Below, one piece after another: positions 38,638-49,092 of a stretch of DNA of 64,000 nucleotides. Origin of the DNA: an uncultured bacterium (lineage in GTDB: Bacteria; Patescibacteriota; Minisyncoccia; Phycocordibacterales; PALSA-1337); the NCBI GenBank assembly GCA_963848635.1, contig CAWKEA010000002.1, forward strand, positions 13,464 through 77,463, in the 5' to 3' direction. The translations under genes were made by a program, and so were the position numbers. Numbering within the stretch: the first letter of the stretch is position 1; each line of letters starts with the position of its first letter. The notes under the pieces were generated by a model. The model was not told where the DNA came from. It was given only the letters and a program-made list of their open reading frames with translations, and did no database searches.

Positions 38638-38684
38638 TATATATTACCCCACGAGTGCCTCTTGACACTCGTGCTATCTCGTGT

Positions 38685-38758
38685 TGGCTACGGGACTAGG
38701 ATTCGAACCTAGATACACGGATTCAGAGTCCGTGGTCCTACCATTAGACGATCCCGTA
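38685..38758 (-). tRNA. tRNA-Gln(CTG)
   Basis: TACGGGA/TCCCGTA acceptor, anticodon loop CTCTGAA, GGTTCGAATCC, encoded CCA. Confidence 0.96.
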
Positions 38759-38837
38759 AAGAAGACAAATGCCTTTCGGCAAGTTGCAGAATAGCGCAAA
38801 AAAGGCTATAAAACAAGCAGAAGAAAGGAAAATAAAT

Positions 38838-39152
38838 ATGAACATTATGGCAAAAGAAACCGAACCCCGCACAAATAGCATGCTTGATGACTTGGTCGAC
38901 TTGAGCAGAAGAGGAAAGCTTTGGATGGCGGGATGCAATCCAGGCCACGAATGCGACAAGCAGCCGATAAGCGGCAAAGGATTAGCTGTGGTCAAAGCGC
39001 TCGTCGGCTTGTGTCTGAAACACGGTGTGGCGCCTTTCTGTTGTGTGAGCGGTCAAGACGGATCGTGCACGACCGATGGTATAATTTCGCTCAGTCCGGC
39101 GGAATGCGATGATCTCGTGGAAAAGGCCGCCCCCTTCATTGCGCGAAACTGA
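38838..39152 (+). CDS. small Cys-rich hypothetical protein
   Basis: AAGGA SD, ORF with seven Cys, terminator at ~39171-39206. Confidence 0.5.
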   Translation: MNIMAKETEPRTNSMLDDLVDLSRRGKLWMAGCNPGHECDKQPISGKGLAVVKALVGLCLKHGVAPFCCVSGQDGSCTTDGIISLSPAECDDLVEKAAPFIARN

Positions 39153-39222
39153 CGACGAACTGAAAAGCAGAATCCCGCTCTCGAGCAACCGCGAGCGGGA
39201 TTTTTTCTTTGCCTGGTTGTGG

Positions 39223-41035
39223 CTACTTTTCTACGCTAACATGCTTGGCCGATTCAGCAGAATCCTGCTTGGCCGCGGCTTTATCCTTTTCCTTGGCCGC
39301 TTTCATGAATTCAGTGAACAAGGGATGCGGCATGAGAGGTCTGGCGAGGAATTCGGGATGGAATTGTGTGCCGAGGAAGAACGGGTGCACTGCTCGCGGC
39401 AGTTCGGCGATCTCCATGAGAGTGCCATCGGGAGATTTGCCAGAAAACACGAGGCCGCCTTTCTCGAGCCTTTCGATGTATTTCGGATTGACCTCGTACC
39501 GATGGCGGTGGCGCTCCTTGATCATGACAGTCGCCTTGGGCAGTCTCTTTCCCTGAAAATACGAGTACGACTCCTCTGCGATAGTCCCCTTGCCGAGCCT
39601 GGTCGGATAGAGGCCGAGGCGCATCGAGCCGCCGTAATTCTTGTCTTCCATCTTTTTCTTTTGATCCGGCAATATGTCGATAACGGGGTTCTTTGTCGTT
39701 GCGTCTATCTCAGTCGTGTTGGCATCCGAGAGGCCGAGCTTGTGCCGCGCGTATTCGATGGTCAAAAGCTGCATGCCATAGCAGAGGCCGAAATACGGGA
39801 TCTTGTGCTCGCGGGCATAGCGGATGACATTGAGCTTGCCTTCTATGCCGGTCGAGCCAAAGCCGCCTGGCACGATGATGCCGTCGAAAGTGTTGAGATT
39901 GGAATAATCGATGATGACTGCGTTTTCCTTTCTTGCCCTCTTCTTCGAAATCCGTCGCATTGATCGCCTCGATGACCGCCTTGACTCCTACTGACCGGGC
40001 GGAAAATTTTATAGCTTCAAGCACCGAGAGATATGCATCCGTCAGGACAAAGTCGCCTGTGGAGAAATATTTGCCGACTATGGCTATCCTGACCGGCCGG
40101 TCGTCATGATCTTTTATCTCCTTGGCCATTTTCTTCCATTCGTTCAAATCGACAAAGCCGGCTGTGTTCGCATTTTTTTTGCTGTTAGTCTTTTTTTCGA
40201 GCTTCAACGAATCAAAGATTATCTGGCCAAGCCCTCCATGATCAAAATTGACCGGTACGTCATAGATGCTCTCGATATCCGGAGCCGATAGGACATGATC
40301 AGGGAATATATTGCATGCGATAGCGATCTTCTCCTTGCGGCGCTTATCCAGAGGCGATTCGGCGCGAGCGATGATGATATCAGTATTCACTCCGTATGAA
40401 GCCAGCTGATGGGCAGCATGCTGTGTCGGGCGTGTCTTCATCTCGCCGAGATTCGAAGGCACTGGCAAATATGAGACCAATATGAAAAGACAGTCATCGG
40501 GATGGTGAATCTTCAAGAACCGGGCGGCCTCGATGAACATGATGTTCTGATAATCTCCGACGGTGCCCCCGATCTCGATTATCGAGATATCGGACTTGCT
40601 CGCTTTTGCGGCATGCTCAAAGCGACGGACGATCTCATCTCGGATATGCGGCACTGCCTCAACGCATTTGCCGCCATAGCCTAAACTGCGCTCGCGGTCG
40701 ATGACAGCTTTGTAGATCATGCCGCTCGTCATATAATCGGCTTCGCTCGCGTCGCGATTGAGGAACCGCTCATAATTGCCCATATCCTGATCGGTCTCAA
40801 GGCCGCTGTTCAGAACAAAGACCTCGCCGTGCTCGGTTGGGTTCATGGTGCCTGCGTCAACATTCAGATATGGGTCAACCTTTACTAGATTGACGGTGAA
40901 TCCTTGAGACGAAAGCAGAGTGCCTATAGAAGAAGTAGCGACGCCCTTGCCGACTCCCGACATCACTCCGCCGATAACGAAGATATATTTATGATGGTTG
41001 GCTGGTCCGTGTGGCTTGGCGGGTCTGTGTTTCAT
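39223..41035 (-). CDS. pyrG: CTP synthase (frameshift ~39940)
   Basis: GGVMSGVGKG, DPYLNVDAGTM, EIGGTVGD, GLCYGMQ, ERHRHRYE, QFHPEF across two frames. Confidence 0.96.
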
Positions 41036-41133
41036 GGGCCAATTGTAGTCAAAGGATAAAGCAGTTGCAAGCGGTCAGCGCAAGCGGCAAGTTAATTCGA
41101 AATCGGTCAAATGAGCTCAGAGAGAATTCGCCC

Positions 41134-42088
41134 CTAGACTTTTAGATATCGCCTCACGGCCAGATAGCTCGATACAGCGCCGAGGACTATGCCTGTTCCC
41201 ATGATTATGACGAATATTTCCCCGAAGTGGACCAAAAAATATGTAGAGAATATGGAAATAATGGAAGAAAGATCGGAAGCAACCTCGGCACCGGCAAAAT
41301 GGGCAATCAATGCCCCGCTCCAAAAGACGAGTCCCGCGAGAATGATGAGCGTGAGAATGCCGGAAACAATGCCGCACATGATCCCTGAGACTACGAACGG
41401 GCCGCGGACATACGTATTCGACGCGCCCACAAGCCGCATGACGGAGATCTCGTCGCGAGAAGTATAGATGATGAGGCGTACAGTATTGAATATGATGATG
41501 ATAGCGACGATGACGAGCAATAAGTACCAGCGCAAGCCCCGCCTCTTCGACATCAGGTATGAGACGTCCGAGCCTGTCGATGACAGCCTGGTTTTCGCCG
41601 TAATTGACGCTATCGACGATCGGCGTGCCAGAAGCCGTCATAGCCCCAGAACCAGTGAGGAAATCCGATATGCCCGCATATTCGGACGGATCATTGGCCT
41701 TTATTATAAGGGCGGCGGGAAATGGATTAGTGCCGATCTCATTGATGCTCTGCAATATGAGCGAATTGCCCTGCCATTGGCTCTGAAAATTTGCCAAAGC
41801 TTGATCGCTCGATATATACGTCGTCGAAGCGACTTCCGGCAATTTTTCGACTGTCTTTTGCAAGGCGAGGATGTCATCCAGAGCGGCGTCCTGATTGAAA
41901 TAGGCCGTGACGTCGATCTTGTCCTTGACCTCCGCTATCATCGCTCGGCCAAAGACATCGCCGAACATGACGGCACCGAATGAGACGAGGCATAGAGTGA
42001 TGACGACGATTGCCGCGAACGACAAAAAGCCGTTACGCCAGAAATTGACGAAACCTGTTTTCACGATGCGCTTGAGATTTATGAACAT
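41134..42088 (-). CDS. ftsX: cell division permease FtsX (frameshift ~41515)
   Basis: NFWRNGFLS, NPFPA, NTVRLIIYTSRDEISVMRLVGAS...GPF; follows ftsE. Confidence 0.92.
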
Positions 42089-42098
42089 GAGGTTATAT

Positions 42099-42785
42099 TT
42101 ATAGAATATATTTCCCTTTTTTGTCGTCGCGCGTGACTTTTCCCTTTTCCATAGTGATGACGCGGCCGCCGATGGCATCGACGACGCCTTTGTTGTGAGT
42201 GGTCAAGAAAACCGTCGTGCCGATCTCGTTTATCTTTTGGAGGATGCGGATGATGTCGTAGGTATTCTCCGGATCGAGATTGCCGGTAGGCTCGTCGGCT
42301 ACGATGATATCCGGTTGGTTGACGATGGCCCGCGCGATCGCCACACGCTGACGCTCTCCGCCTGAGAGCTGATGGGGAAAATTCCACATTTTGTCGGCGA
42401 GGTCGACGAGCTCGAGCACATGCGGCACGTCCGCCGCCACTTCGTTCGATGTGCGCCCTGCCGCTTCCATGGCAAAAGCGATATTCTCGTAGGCAGTCTT
42501 GTTCGGTATGAGCCGATAGTCTTGGAAAACCATGCCGATGCGCCGTCGATAGCGCGTCATGTCGTGCTTTCTCAGCTTGTGGATATTGGCCGATTCAAAA
42601 AAGACCGTGCCGGACGTCGGGCGATCTTCGGCGATGAGCATCTTCATGAGCGTCGTCTTGCCCGCTCCTGAATGCCCCACGATGGTTATAAATTCTTTCG
42701 GTTCGACGCCAAAGCTGACTTCATCGAGCGCTTTCGATCCGTCTGGGTAGATTTTTGTGACTTTATCGTAGTAGATCATTGGCAT
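42099..42785 (-). CDS. ftsE: cell division ATP-binding protein FtsE
   Basis: GHSGAGKT, VFQDYRL, LSGGERQR, ADEPTGNLD. Confidence 0.95.
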   Translation of the reverse strand: MPMIYYDKVTKIYPDGSKALDEVSFGVEPKEFITIVGHSGAGKTTLMKMLIAEDRPTSGTVFFESANIHKLRKHDMTRYRRRIGMVFQDYRLIPNKTAYENIAFAMEAAGRTSNEVAADVPHVLELVDLADKMWNFPHQLSGGERQRVAIARAIVNQPDIIVADEPTGNLDPENTYDIIRILQKINEIGTTVFLTTHNKGVVDAIGGRVITMEKGKVTRDDKKGKYIL

Positions 42786-42890
42786 TCATTATAGCACTAC
42801 TGGATTTTTTTCTCAGCTTTTTTACAAGACAAGAAAGAGAACAGCCACGTTCAAAATCCAGCCGAGCGACAAGCCGTTTCTAGGACTGCA

Positions 42891-43165
42891 TCAACCGAGC
42901 ACCAGGCGTATGGCCGCGCGGCATATGTCGGAGACTAACCTGTTACAAGCTTGTTATTGTCTTCTATGCGGACTTTCGTATTGTTCTTTGGAAAATAGAT
43001 ATATTCGCCATCGATCCTGGCGATTTTCTTGCCATTCTCGTCAAAAGCCTCGGTAGAAGAAAAGTAGGCGAGTTTTTTCCCGGTATGATCGAAGATATGG
43101 TCGTTTTGGATGTAGCCGACCCTGATGCCGTCACGCATTATTTCGTTTTTTACTATTTTGATCAT
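42891..43165 (-). CDS. small beta-repeat hypothetical protein (probable frameshift near 42935)
   Basis: Repeats of I.D..GKK.A; a plausible C-terminus SDICRAAIRLVLG continues in another frame. Confidence 0.5.
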
Positions 43166-43293
43166 GTGAATAGTATACTATAAAAAGCACCAAAAAGATG
43201 CAGGAGACTGCTTATATTTTAGCCTGTGGCGTCGCCTTCGCAAAGCTACGGCGACATCCTACAAAATTATAGTCGCTTCGCTCCTTAATTTTG

Positions 43294-43405
43294 TGGACCT
43301 ACGCAAAGCTGCGGCGACATCCTACAAAATTATAGTCGCTTAGTCCTAATCGGACTCGGGTCTCGGCAATGCGAATGCCGCGTCGTACCACTAGACCATA
43401 GGCCC
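43294..43405 (-). pseudogene. tRNA-Ala(CGC) interrupted in the T-arm
   Basis: GGGCCTA...CGGCA-TTCGCAT-TGCCG...CCGAGTCCGATT, then a 46-nt insert, then TAGGTCC-A (G3-U70). Confidence 0.8.
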
Positions 43406-43411
43406 TCAATC

Positions 43412-43770
43412 GTCAAACTTTCCTTGTCGGGGTGCCGGGAATCGGTCACGGATAATTTCCTCGCCGTCGCTCGAAAATTTCCGCGACCCCGCCTCGCAGT
43501 CTCGCCATGCTCGGCTCGACTAGCTCCGGCTTTCGATTCCCTTTCGCCGCAAGCTTTGCTTGCTAACTTCAACTGTCAAACTTTCCTTGTCGGGGTGCCG
43601 GGAATCGGTCACGGATAATTTCCTCGCCGTCGCTCGAAAATTTCCGCGACCCCGCCTCGCAGTCTCGCCATGCTCGGCTCGACTAGCTCCGGCTTTCGAT
43701 TCCCTTTCGCCGCAAGCTTTGCTTGCTAACTTCAACTGTCAAACTTTCCTTGTCGGGGTGCCGGGAATCG
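43412..43770. repeat. 163-bp tandem repeat (2 full copies + partial) containing the tRNA-Pro 3' end
   Basis: Units start at 43412, 43575 and 43738. Confidence 0.95.
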
Positions 43771-43823
43771 AACCCGGACCTCACACTCCCGAAGCGTGTA
43801 TACTACCACTATACTACACCCCG
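43753..43823 (-). tRNA. tRNA-Pro(CGG)
   Basis: CGGGGTG/CACCCCG acceptor, anticodon loop TTCGGGA, GGTTCGATTCC; CCA not encoded. Confidence 0.95.
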
Positions 43824-43932
43824 ATCACAAAAGACTACCAATAATCTTGTGATTAGTCCACTGTTTAGCCGACCATTTGACGCGGGATGCGCCTGCCGCG
43901 AGCAGAGCAGAAGATTGTGCTATACTTTTTCC

Positions 43933-45618
43933 ATGCAATCCCCCTTCGACTCTCTCAAGCCGGCCTTCAAAGGCGACATCGATACGACCGACGCGGTCCG
44001 CACAGCCTATAGCCATGACGCAAGCCTCTTCGAGATAAAGCCGCAAGCCGTGATTTTTCCAAAAGACTCCGCCGACGTGCAGACAGTCGTTAGATGGGTG
44101 AATGAACAGAACGCCAAATACCAGCACCAACAAGATGACATCTTGACACGTTATTCCATCACCGCCCGCTCTGCCGGCACGGATATGTCGGGTGGGGCGA
44201 TCGGCGGGAGCATCATCATCGACTTTACGAGATACATGAATAAAATAATCGAAGTAAAAGGCGATGAAGGAACGGTTCAACCCGGCTGTTACTATCGCGA
44301 TTTTGAAAAAGAGACGATGAAGACCGGCTATATCGTCCCGACGTATCCTGCCAGCCGCGAGATATGCGCCGTTGGCGGCATGGTGGCGAACAATGGCGGC
44401 GGCGAGAAGAGCATAAAGTACGGAAAAACAGGCGACCACCTTGCTGGGCTCAAAGTAATCTTCACTGATGGGAAAGAGTACGAGGTCCGACCTATGTCGC
44501 AGGCTGAATTGGAAAAGAAAATCTCCTCAACTGATTCAAAAGACGCCTTCGAATCTTCCTTGTACAAAAAAATGTGGGCTCTTATTCAAGCGAATTATGA
44601 CGCCATCATGGCCGCAAAGCCGGATGTGTCAAAGAATTCAGCCGGCTATTATCTCTGGAACGTCTATGACAAGAAAGCCGGGACATTCGACCTCTGCCGC
44701 ATCATCGCCGGCTCGCAAGGCACGCTCGGCATCATCACCGAGATCACCTTCAAGCTCATCAAAGCGCCGACTCATTCGAATATTCTGACGGTTTTCTTGC
44801 CAGACCTTTCCCATACGAGCCAGCTCGTCAATGAACTGCTTCCCTTCAAACCGGAAAGCCTCGAGACATATGACGACTACAGCATGAAGCTCGCCGTCAA
44901 ATTCTTCTTTGACTTTTACAAGCAGGTGGGCGCGTGGGGGCTCGTCAAGCTCGGCTGGCAATTCCTGCCCGAGGTGCGGATGATGGCGATGGGTGGGCTT
45001 CCGAAGCTCATCTTGATGGCTGAGTTCACGGGAGCATCAGCGGAAGAAGTGAATAAGACCATGATCGCCGCTGAGGAACACATCAAATACTTTGGCTACA
45101 AGACGCATATAGCGCACAGCGAAGCCGAGGCACAGAAATATTGGAAGATACGCCGCGAGAGCTTCAACCTCTTGCGCCACCATGTCAAAGGCGAGCGCAC
45201 GGCGCCTTTTATAGACGACATCATCGTTAAACCTGAATTTCTGCCTGAATTCATGCCGAAACTGCAGAAAATAATGGCACAATACAATCTGGTCTATACG
45301 GTCGCCGGCCACCTCGGCAACGGTAATTTTCATATCATCCCTCTCATGGATTTCAAGGACCCGCATTCGGCCGACGTCGTCCTCGAGCTCGGGAAGAAAG
45401 TCTACGATCTGGTCGTTTCATATCACGGCTCGATCACTGCCGAGCACAATGATGGCATCGTCCGCACTCCATATCTGCCGCTCATGTTCGGCCCGCATAT
45501 CTACGATCTCTTTGTCGAGACGAAAAAGATATTCGATCCCGGCAACATCCTCAACCCCGGCAAGAAAGTCGGCGGCACCTTCGACGACATGAGGCGCGAG
45601 ATGGTCAAGACAAGCTAG
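43933..45618 (+). CDS. FAD-binding oxidoreductase (GlcD/D-lactate dehydrogenase-like)
   Basis: RSAGTDMSG, GGMVANN, GSQGTLG, GHLGNGNFH, AEHNDG, DPGNILNPGK. Confidence 0.88.
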   Translation: MQSPFDSLKPAFKGDIDTTDAVRTAYSHDASLFEIKPQAVIFPKDSADVQTVVRWVNEQNAKYQHQQDDILTRYSITARSAGTDMSGGAIGGSIIIDFTRYMNKIIEVKGDEGTVQPGCYYRDFEKETMKTGYIVPTYPASREICAVGGMVANNGGGEKSIKYGKTGDHLAGLKVIFTDGKEYEVRPMSQAELEKKISSTDSKDAFESSLYKKMWALIQANYDAIMAAKPDVSKNSAGYYLWNVYDKKAGTFDLCRIIAGSQGTLGIITEITFKLIKAPTHSNILTVFLPDLSHTSQLVNELLPFKPESLETYDDYSMKLAVKFFFDFYKQVGAWGLVKLGWQFLPEVRMMAMGGLPKLILMAEFTGASAEEVNKTMIAAEEHIKYFGYKTHIAHSEAEAQKYWKIRRESFNLLRHHVKGERTAPFIDDIIVKPEFLPEFMPKLQKIMAQYNLVYTVAGHLGNGNFHIIPLMDFKDPHSADVVLELGKKVYDLVVSYHGSITAEHNDGIVRTPYLPLMFGPHIYDLFVETKKIFDPGNILNPGKKVGGTFDDMRREMVKTS

Positions 45619-45672
45619 GTCAAGATGACATCTCGTACAGAAAAACAAATATATCATCTAGCCGATTTTGTT

Positions 45673-46218
45673 TTATCTATCATCTTTTGTCTCCTTCCAC
45701 TTCCAGACGCAATAGACGAGCATGAGAACGACTGAAATGACATAAGGAACGCCGACTTGAAGATCTAATTTTGCCTCTCTTTTCTCGACTTCACGGAGTG
45801 ATCGTGCGGCGAGGACATAGCCGTTTTTGTAAGGAGCGACGACAGCGGCAAAACGCAGGCCGGATGGCATCTGCCATGTGACTCGGTCTTCGCCATGTGC
45901 TTTGACATCTGAAAAGACACCGGCAGATATCGTCGGCAGAGCGCCATTGATCAGACCCGAAGCTGTGATAGGAGTGCCCGATGCGCTATATATGACCATG
46001 AACGGGGAGAGACTCGCGCCCGCATCGATCTGATTCGACGCATTCCACTGCGGGGTGAGGCCGCCATCGAGAGCGACGACGGCGTCTTCGACAAGCTGTA
46101 TCTGCGGATCATTGGCCGATTGGCGATAGTCCTGTTGCACAGCAACGTCGATCGACCCGAAAATAGCCGTCACCATGACGAAAAGGCAGAGATACTTGAA
46201 CAAGCGGAGTTTTGACAT
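45673..46218 (-). CDS. two-TM hypothetical protein with extracytoplasmic sensor-like domain
   Basis: QQDYRQSANDPQIQ...RSLREVE flanked by TM helices. Confidence 0.6.
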   Translation of the reverse strand: MSKLRLFKYLCLFVMVTAIFGSIDVAVQQDYRQSANDPQIQLVEDAVVALDGGLTPQWNASNQIDAGASLSPFMVIYSASGTPITASGLINGALPTISAGVFSDVKAHGEDRVTWQMPSGLRFAAVVAPYKNGYVLAARSLREVEKREAKLDLQVGVPYVISVVLMLVYCVWKWKETKDDR

Positions 46219-46264
46219 TATTTTTTTGGTTGAAGATAAAGGCGACAGCCCTGGGATCAAACGA

Positions 46265-46765
46265 CTATGGGAATCGATTCGCGACACAGCCTGCATACGT
46301 CGTCGTGCCGTTCTCGGTCACGAACGCAGTGATGCCCTTTGTCCAAAAAACAAAGCTCTCGGTCGGGTTCGTATAGCGCGCTCCATCGGCAGACAGAGCA
46401 TGAGCCAGGATGAGGTGCCTGCTATCGGACAGATTGACGTTGACGAAATCGTCTTTCGGCAGATGGAACGTCGCTGTGATGGATCTGTCGCCATCGCAAG
46501 AATAAGAATATGTCTGTGTCGAAGTAGCAGAGCTCTCATCTGTGTCCGCTGAGACGCTCGTCGAAGCGATGCTCGCCATAGTATCGGTTTCCTGCGGTGC
46601 CGCAGGCGACGGAGCATTTGCATAATGATGTGTTCCGATCAAGACGATCGCGGCGATCACGATGACAGCCCCGATGATGGTCCAGAAACGACGGTCATTT
46701 TGGTTCATCGCCTTGTCCTGCTCTTTGCCATTGCTCTTCTCTTCGTATGTAGGTTTTTGGTTCAT
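46265..46765 (-). CDS. MliC-family lysozyme inhibitor domain protein
   Basis: YSC...SADGARY...FWTKG...C. Confidence 0.85.
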   Translation of the reverse strand: MNQKPTYEEKSNGKEQDKAMNQNDRRFWTIIGAVIVIAAIVLIGTHHYANAPSPAAPQETDTMASIASTSVSADTDESSATSTQTYSYSCDGDRSITATFHLPKDDFVNVNLSDSRHLILAHALSADGARYTNPTESFVFWTKGITAFVTENGTTTYAGCVANRFP

Positions 46766-46778
46766 GAGGATATCCTGA

Positions 46779-47135
46779 TTAAAAGACCATTAAAACTGCG
46801 GCAAAAAGAGCGACATTCTTCCAAAATGCGGTTCTTTGGGACATGCGGGCCATCGGATCGGTTTCTTTCCAAAAATCATGCATGAATATGGTCGTCGGCA
46901 CCAAAAAGAGGATCACGAGAAAAAGAGACACGGTCATATGATAAGCGAATGTTATGCCAAGACCACCGACAAGCAATAAAAGGCCCGTGCCGTAGACCGC
47001 AAGCTTTGGCATAGGGACTTTTTTGGAAGCCGCATAACCGACGAGGCTTTTGCCGTTTTTCAAATGGTTGAAGCCCGAATAAGCGAAATAAAGCCCGAAT
47101 ATGACGCGACCGACGATATTGATAGTGGGATACAT
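46779..47135 (-). CDS. DoxX family membrane protein
   Basis: GRVIFG.YF..SG.NH, HDFW, FWKNVAL. Confidence 0.85.
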   Translation of the reverse strand: MYPTINIVGRVIFGLYFAYSGFNHLKNGKSLVGYAASKKVPMPKLAVYGTGLLLLVGGLGITFAYHMTVSLFLVILFLVPTTIFMHDFWKETDPMARMSQRTAFWKNVALFAAVLMVF

Positions 47136-47258
47136 AATGATAAATATGGTTAAAGTTGTAATTCTAAGACCAAGTATAGCACAAAAACAAAATATCCAAT
47201 GATCAGAAATGATTGCTTTTGATCATTGAAAATCGGTCATTATGCTATAATGGCACTC

Positions 47259-48131
47259 ATGTTAACGTATATTCAGGCTATAGTTCTCGGAGCTGTTCAA
47301 GGCGTTAGCGAGCTCTTCCCGGTCTCAAGCCTCGGCCACAGCATCATCCTGCCAGCGCTTTTTGGCTGGAAAATCGATCAAGGCGCTGATTTTTTTCTGA
47401 CATTCCTCGTAGCCACGCATTTTGCTACGGCTCTCGTTCTCTTCGTCTATTTTTGGAAAGACTGGAAAAGGATCATATGGGGCCTTCTGCGTTCGATCAA
47501 ACGCATTACTATCGTCGGCGACCCCGATGCTCGCCTCGGCTGGCTCCTTGTTCTCGGCACTGTGCCTGCCGGCCTCATCGGGCTTATCTTCCAAAGCAAG
47601 CTCCAGGCTCTATTTGCTTCGCCGAAATATGTTTCGATATTCCTAATCTGCAATGGTCTTGTTCTTTTTGGGGCCGAATATCTAACAAAAAGAAAAGAGA
47701 CAAAAAAAATAACCAACGATCAAAATTCTATCACCAAGGATGAAAGGATCGAGCATCTGTCATGGGCTAGCAGTTTTAAAATCGGCATGGCCCAAGCGCT
47801 CGCCCTTATTCCTGGATTTTCGAGGACAGGATCCGCTCTTGGCGGCGGACTGCTTGTCGGCCTTGACCACGAAGAAGCAGCTCGCTTTGCTTTTCTCCTG
47901 GCCACTCCCATCATCGGTGCGGCGGCGGCTCTCAAACTGCCGCATTTTCTGTTGCACATCCACTCATACCCAGCAGGGCCGATCTTTGTCGGCGCATTAG
48001 CCGCGGGCGTAGGCGCATATCTTTCCGTCAGATTCCTCTTGAAATATTTCAAGACAAAGACCCTGACGCCCTTCGCTATATATTGCGTTCTTGTCGGGCT
48101 CGGATGCGCCGCGTTCTTTTGGTTTGTATGA
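47259..48131 (+). CDS. uppP: undecaprenyl-diphosphatase
   Basis: QGVSELFPVSSLGH, PGFSRTG, AARFAFLLATP. Confidence 0.93.
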   Translation: MLTYIQAIVLGAVQGVSELFPVSSLGHSIILPALFGWKIDQGADFFLTFLVATHFATALVLFVYFWKDWKRIIWGLLRSIKRITIVGDPDARLGWLLVLGTVPAGLIGLIFQSKLQALFASPKYVSIFLICNGLVLFGAEYLTKRKETKKITNDQNSITKDERIEHLSWASSFKIGMAQALALIPGFSRTGSALGGGLLVGLDHEEAARFAFLLATPIIGAAAALKLPHFLLHIHSYPAGPIFVGALAAGVGAYLSVRFLLKYFKTKTLTPFAIYCVLVGLGCAAFFWFV

Positions 48132-48283
48132 ACCGATATATCATATGCGCTTCACTGCTCTGTCTCTGATTCTCATTTAGAGCACCTTTGCAGAATAAAT
48201 CATTATAATAAATGAGATTTTTTGAATTCAAAAAGCCCTTTGAGGGCTTTTTTTGGCTTATATTATTGATTTTAACGTTGAGC

Positions 48284-49003
48284 TTACTGAATATTCGCGC
48301 TCGCGCCGGCGTTCACGCTAGCATTATCGCCTTGTCCGTCTAATTGGACGGCGCCTTGAGCTGGTATCATCGGGCCTCCGGGATTTATACCCCGTGGATC
48401 GCCCGCTCTTTGCATTGGACCGCCGGGATTGATGCGAGGAGAACCAGGAGTCGGATGTCGCATGCCTGGGGTCGAGCTAGCTCCATTGTTCCATCTCATC
48501 ATGGTCGAGCTCGCAATGCCATGGCCGTAATAACCCATAGTGCTCGATGCGCTCATATTGCCTCGCATGTCTCCTGCTGTCATCGGGATCCTGCCATCGA
48601 TAATAGTGACGGCAACGATAGAATCATCGCTTGCGACTGGGCCCGACACGGCGACATGATCGCCTACGGAGATATCAGAGATCGAAGCTGTGCTCGTGCC
48701 TGTGGCAGAGCCTTTTATTATCTTTGCATTCGAAGCATCGACGCTATAGGTCGTCGTCGCCGTAGAAGTCCCTTGGCGGCCATCGACAGTGATTGTCGAG
48801 CCGTCAATGGCTGTCACAATGCCAAAGACGCCGTTCCTCATCATGGGCATCATACCCATGCCATGCATAGCAGTCGTTGAAGCTACCCAAGCAGAATTCG
48901 GCGCAGGATGCGCGATCGTATTCATAGTGGCATGGCCGCCGCCGAATATGCCGCTGAAGAAAGCTCCAAAACCCGTAAAAATCGATGCGAATAAATTGGA
49001 CAT
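48284..49003 (-). CDS. DUF5666-like exported protein with low-complexity tail
   Basis: GIVTAIDGSTITV...ISDISVGD.V.V.G OB-like unit. Confidence 0.6.
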   Translation of the reverse strand: MSNLFASIFTGFGAFFSGIFGGGHATMNTIAHPAPNSAWVASTTAMHGMGMMPMMRNGVFGIVTAIDGSTITVDGRQGTSTATTTYSVDASNAKIIKGSATGTSTASISDISVGDHVAVSGPVASDDSIVAVTIIDGRIPMTAGDMRGNMSASSTMGYYGHGIASSTMMRWNNGASSTPGMRHPTPGSPRINPGGPMQRAGDPRGINPGGPMIPAQGAVQLDGQGDNASVNAGASANIQ

Positions 49004-49092
49004 AATTGTTGTTTTAATGATTAAAAGCCTGTTAAGGCTTCGTGTACATACTACGTTTTTTTGGTTAAAGAGGGTGCGAACGGCAGAAGGGC

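Noticed and set aside
39900-41560. Frameshifts in pyrG and ftsX as regulatory recoding
   Set aside because: No canonical slippery heptamer with stimulatory structure was seen; they are best explained by the same indel error process.
31411-43770. CRISPR array interpretation of the 36-bp or 163-bp repeats
   Set aside because: Spacing is gene-sized or the units are identical without unique spacers, and there are no cas genes. The PD-(D/E)XK domain at ~7 kb is part of a repair helicase.
43330-43844. Duplicated small ORFs (MKLASKACGE..., MSGCRES...)
   Set aside because: They are translations of the 163-bp repeat and of tRNA antisense; there is no independent coding evidence.
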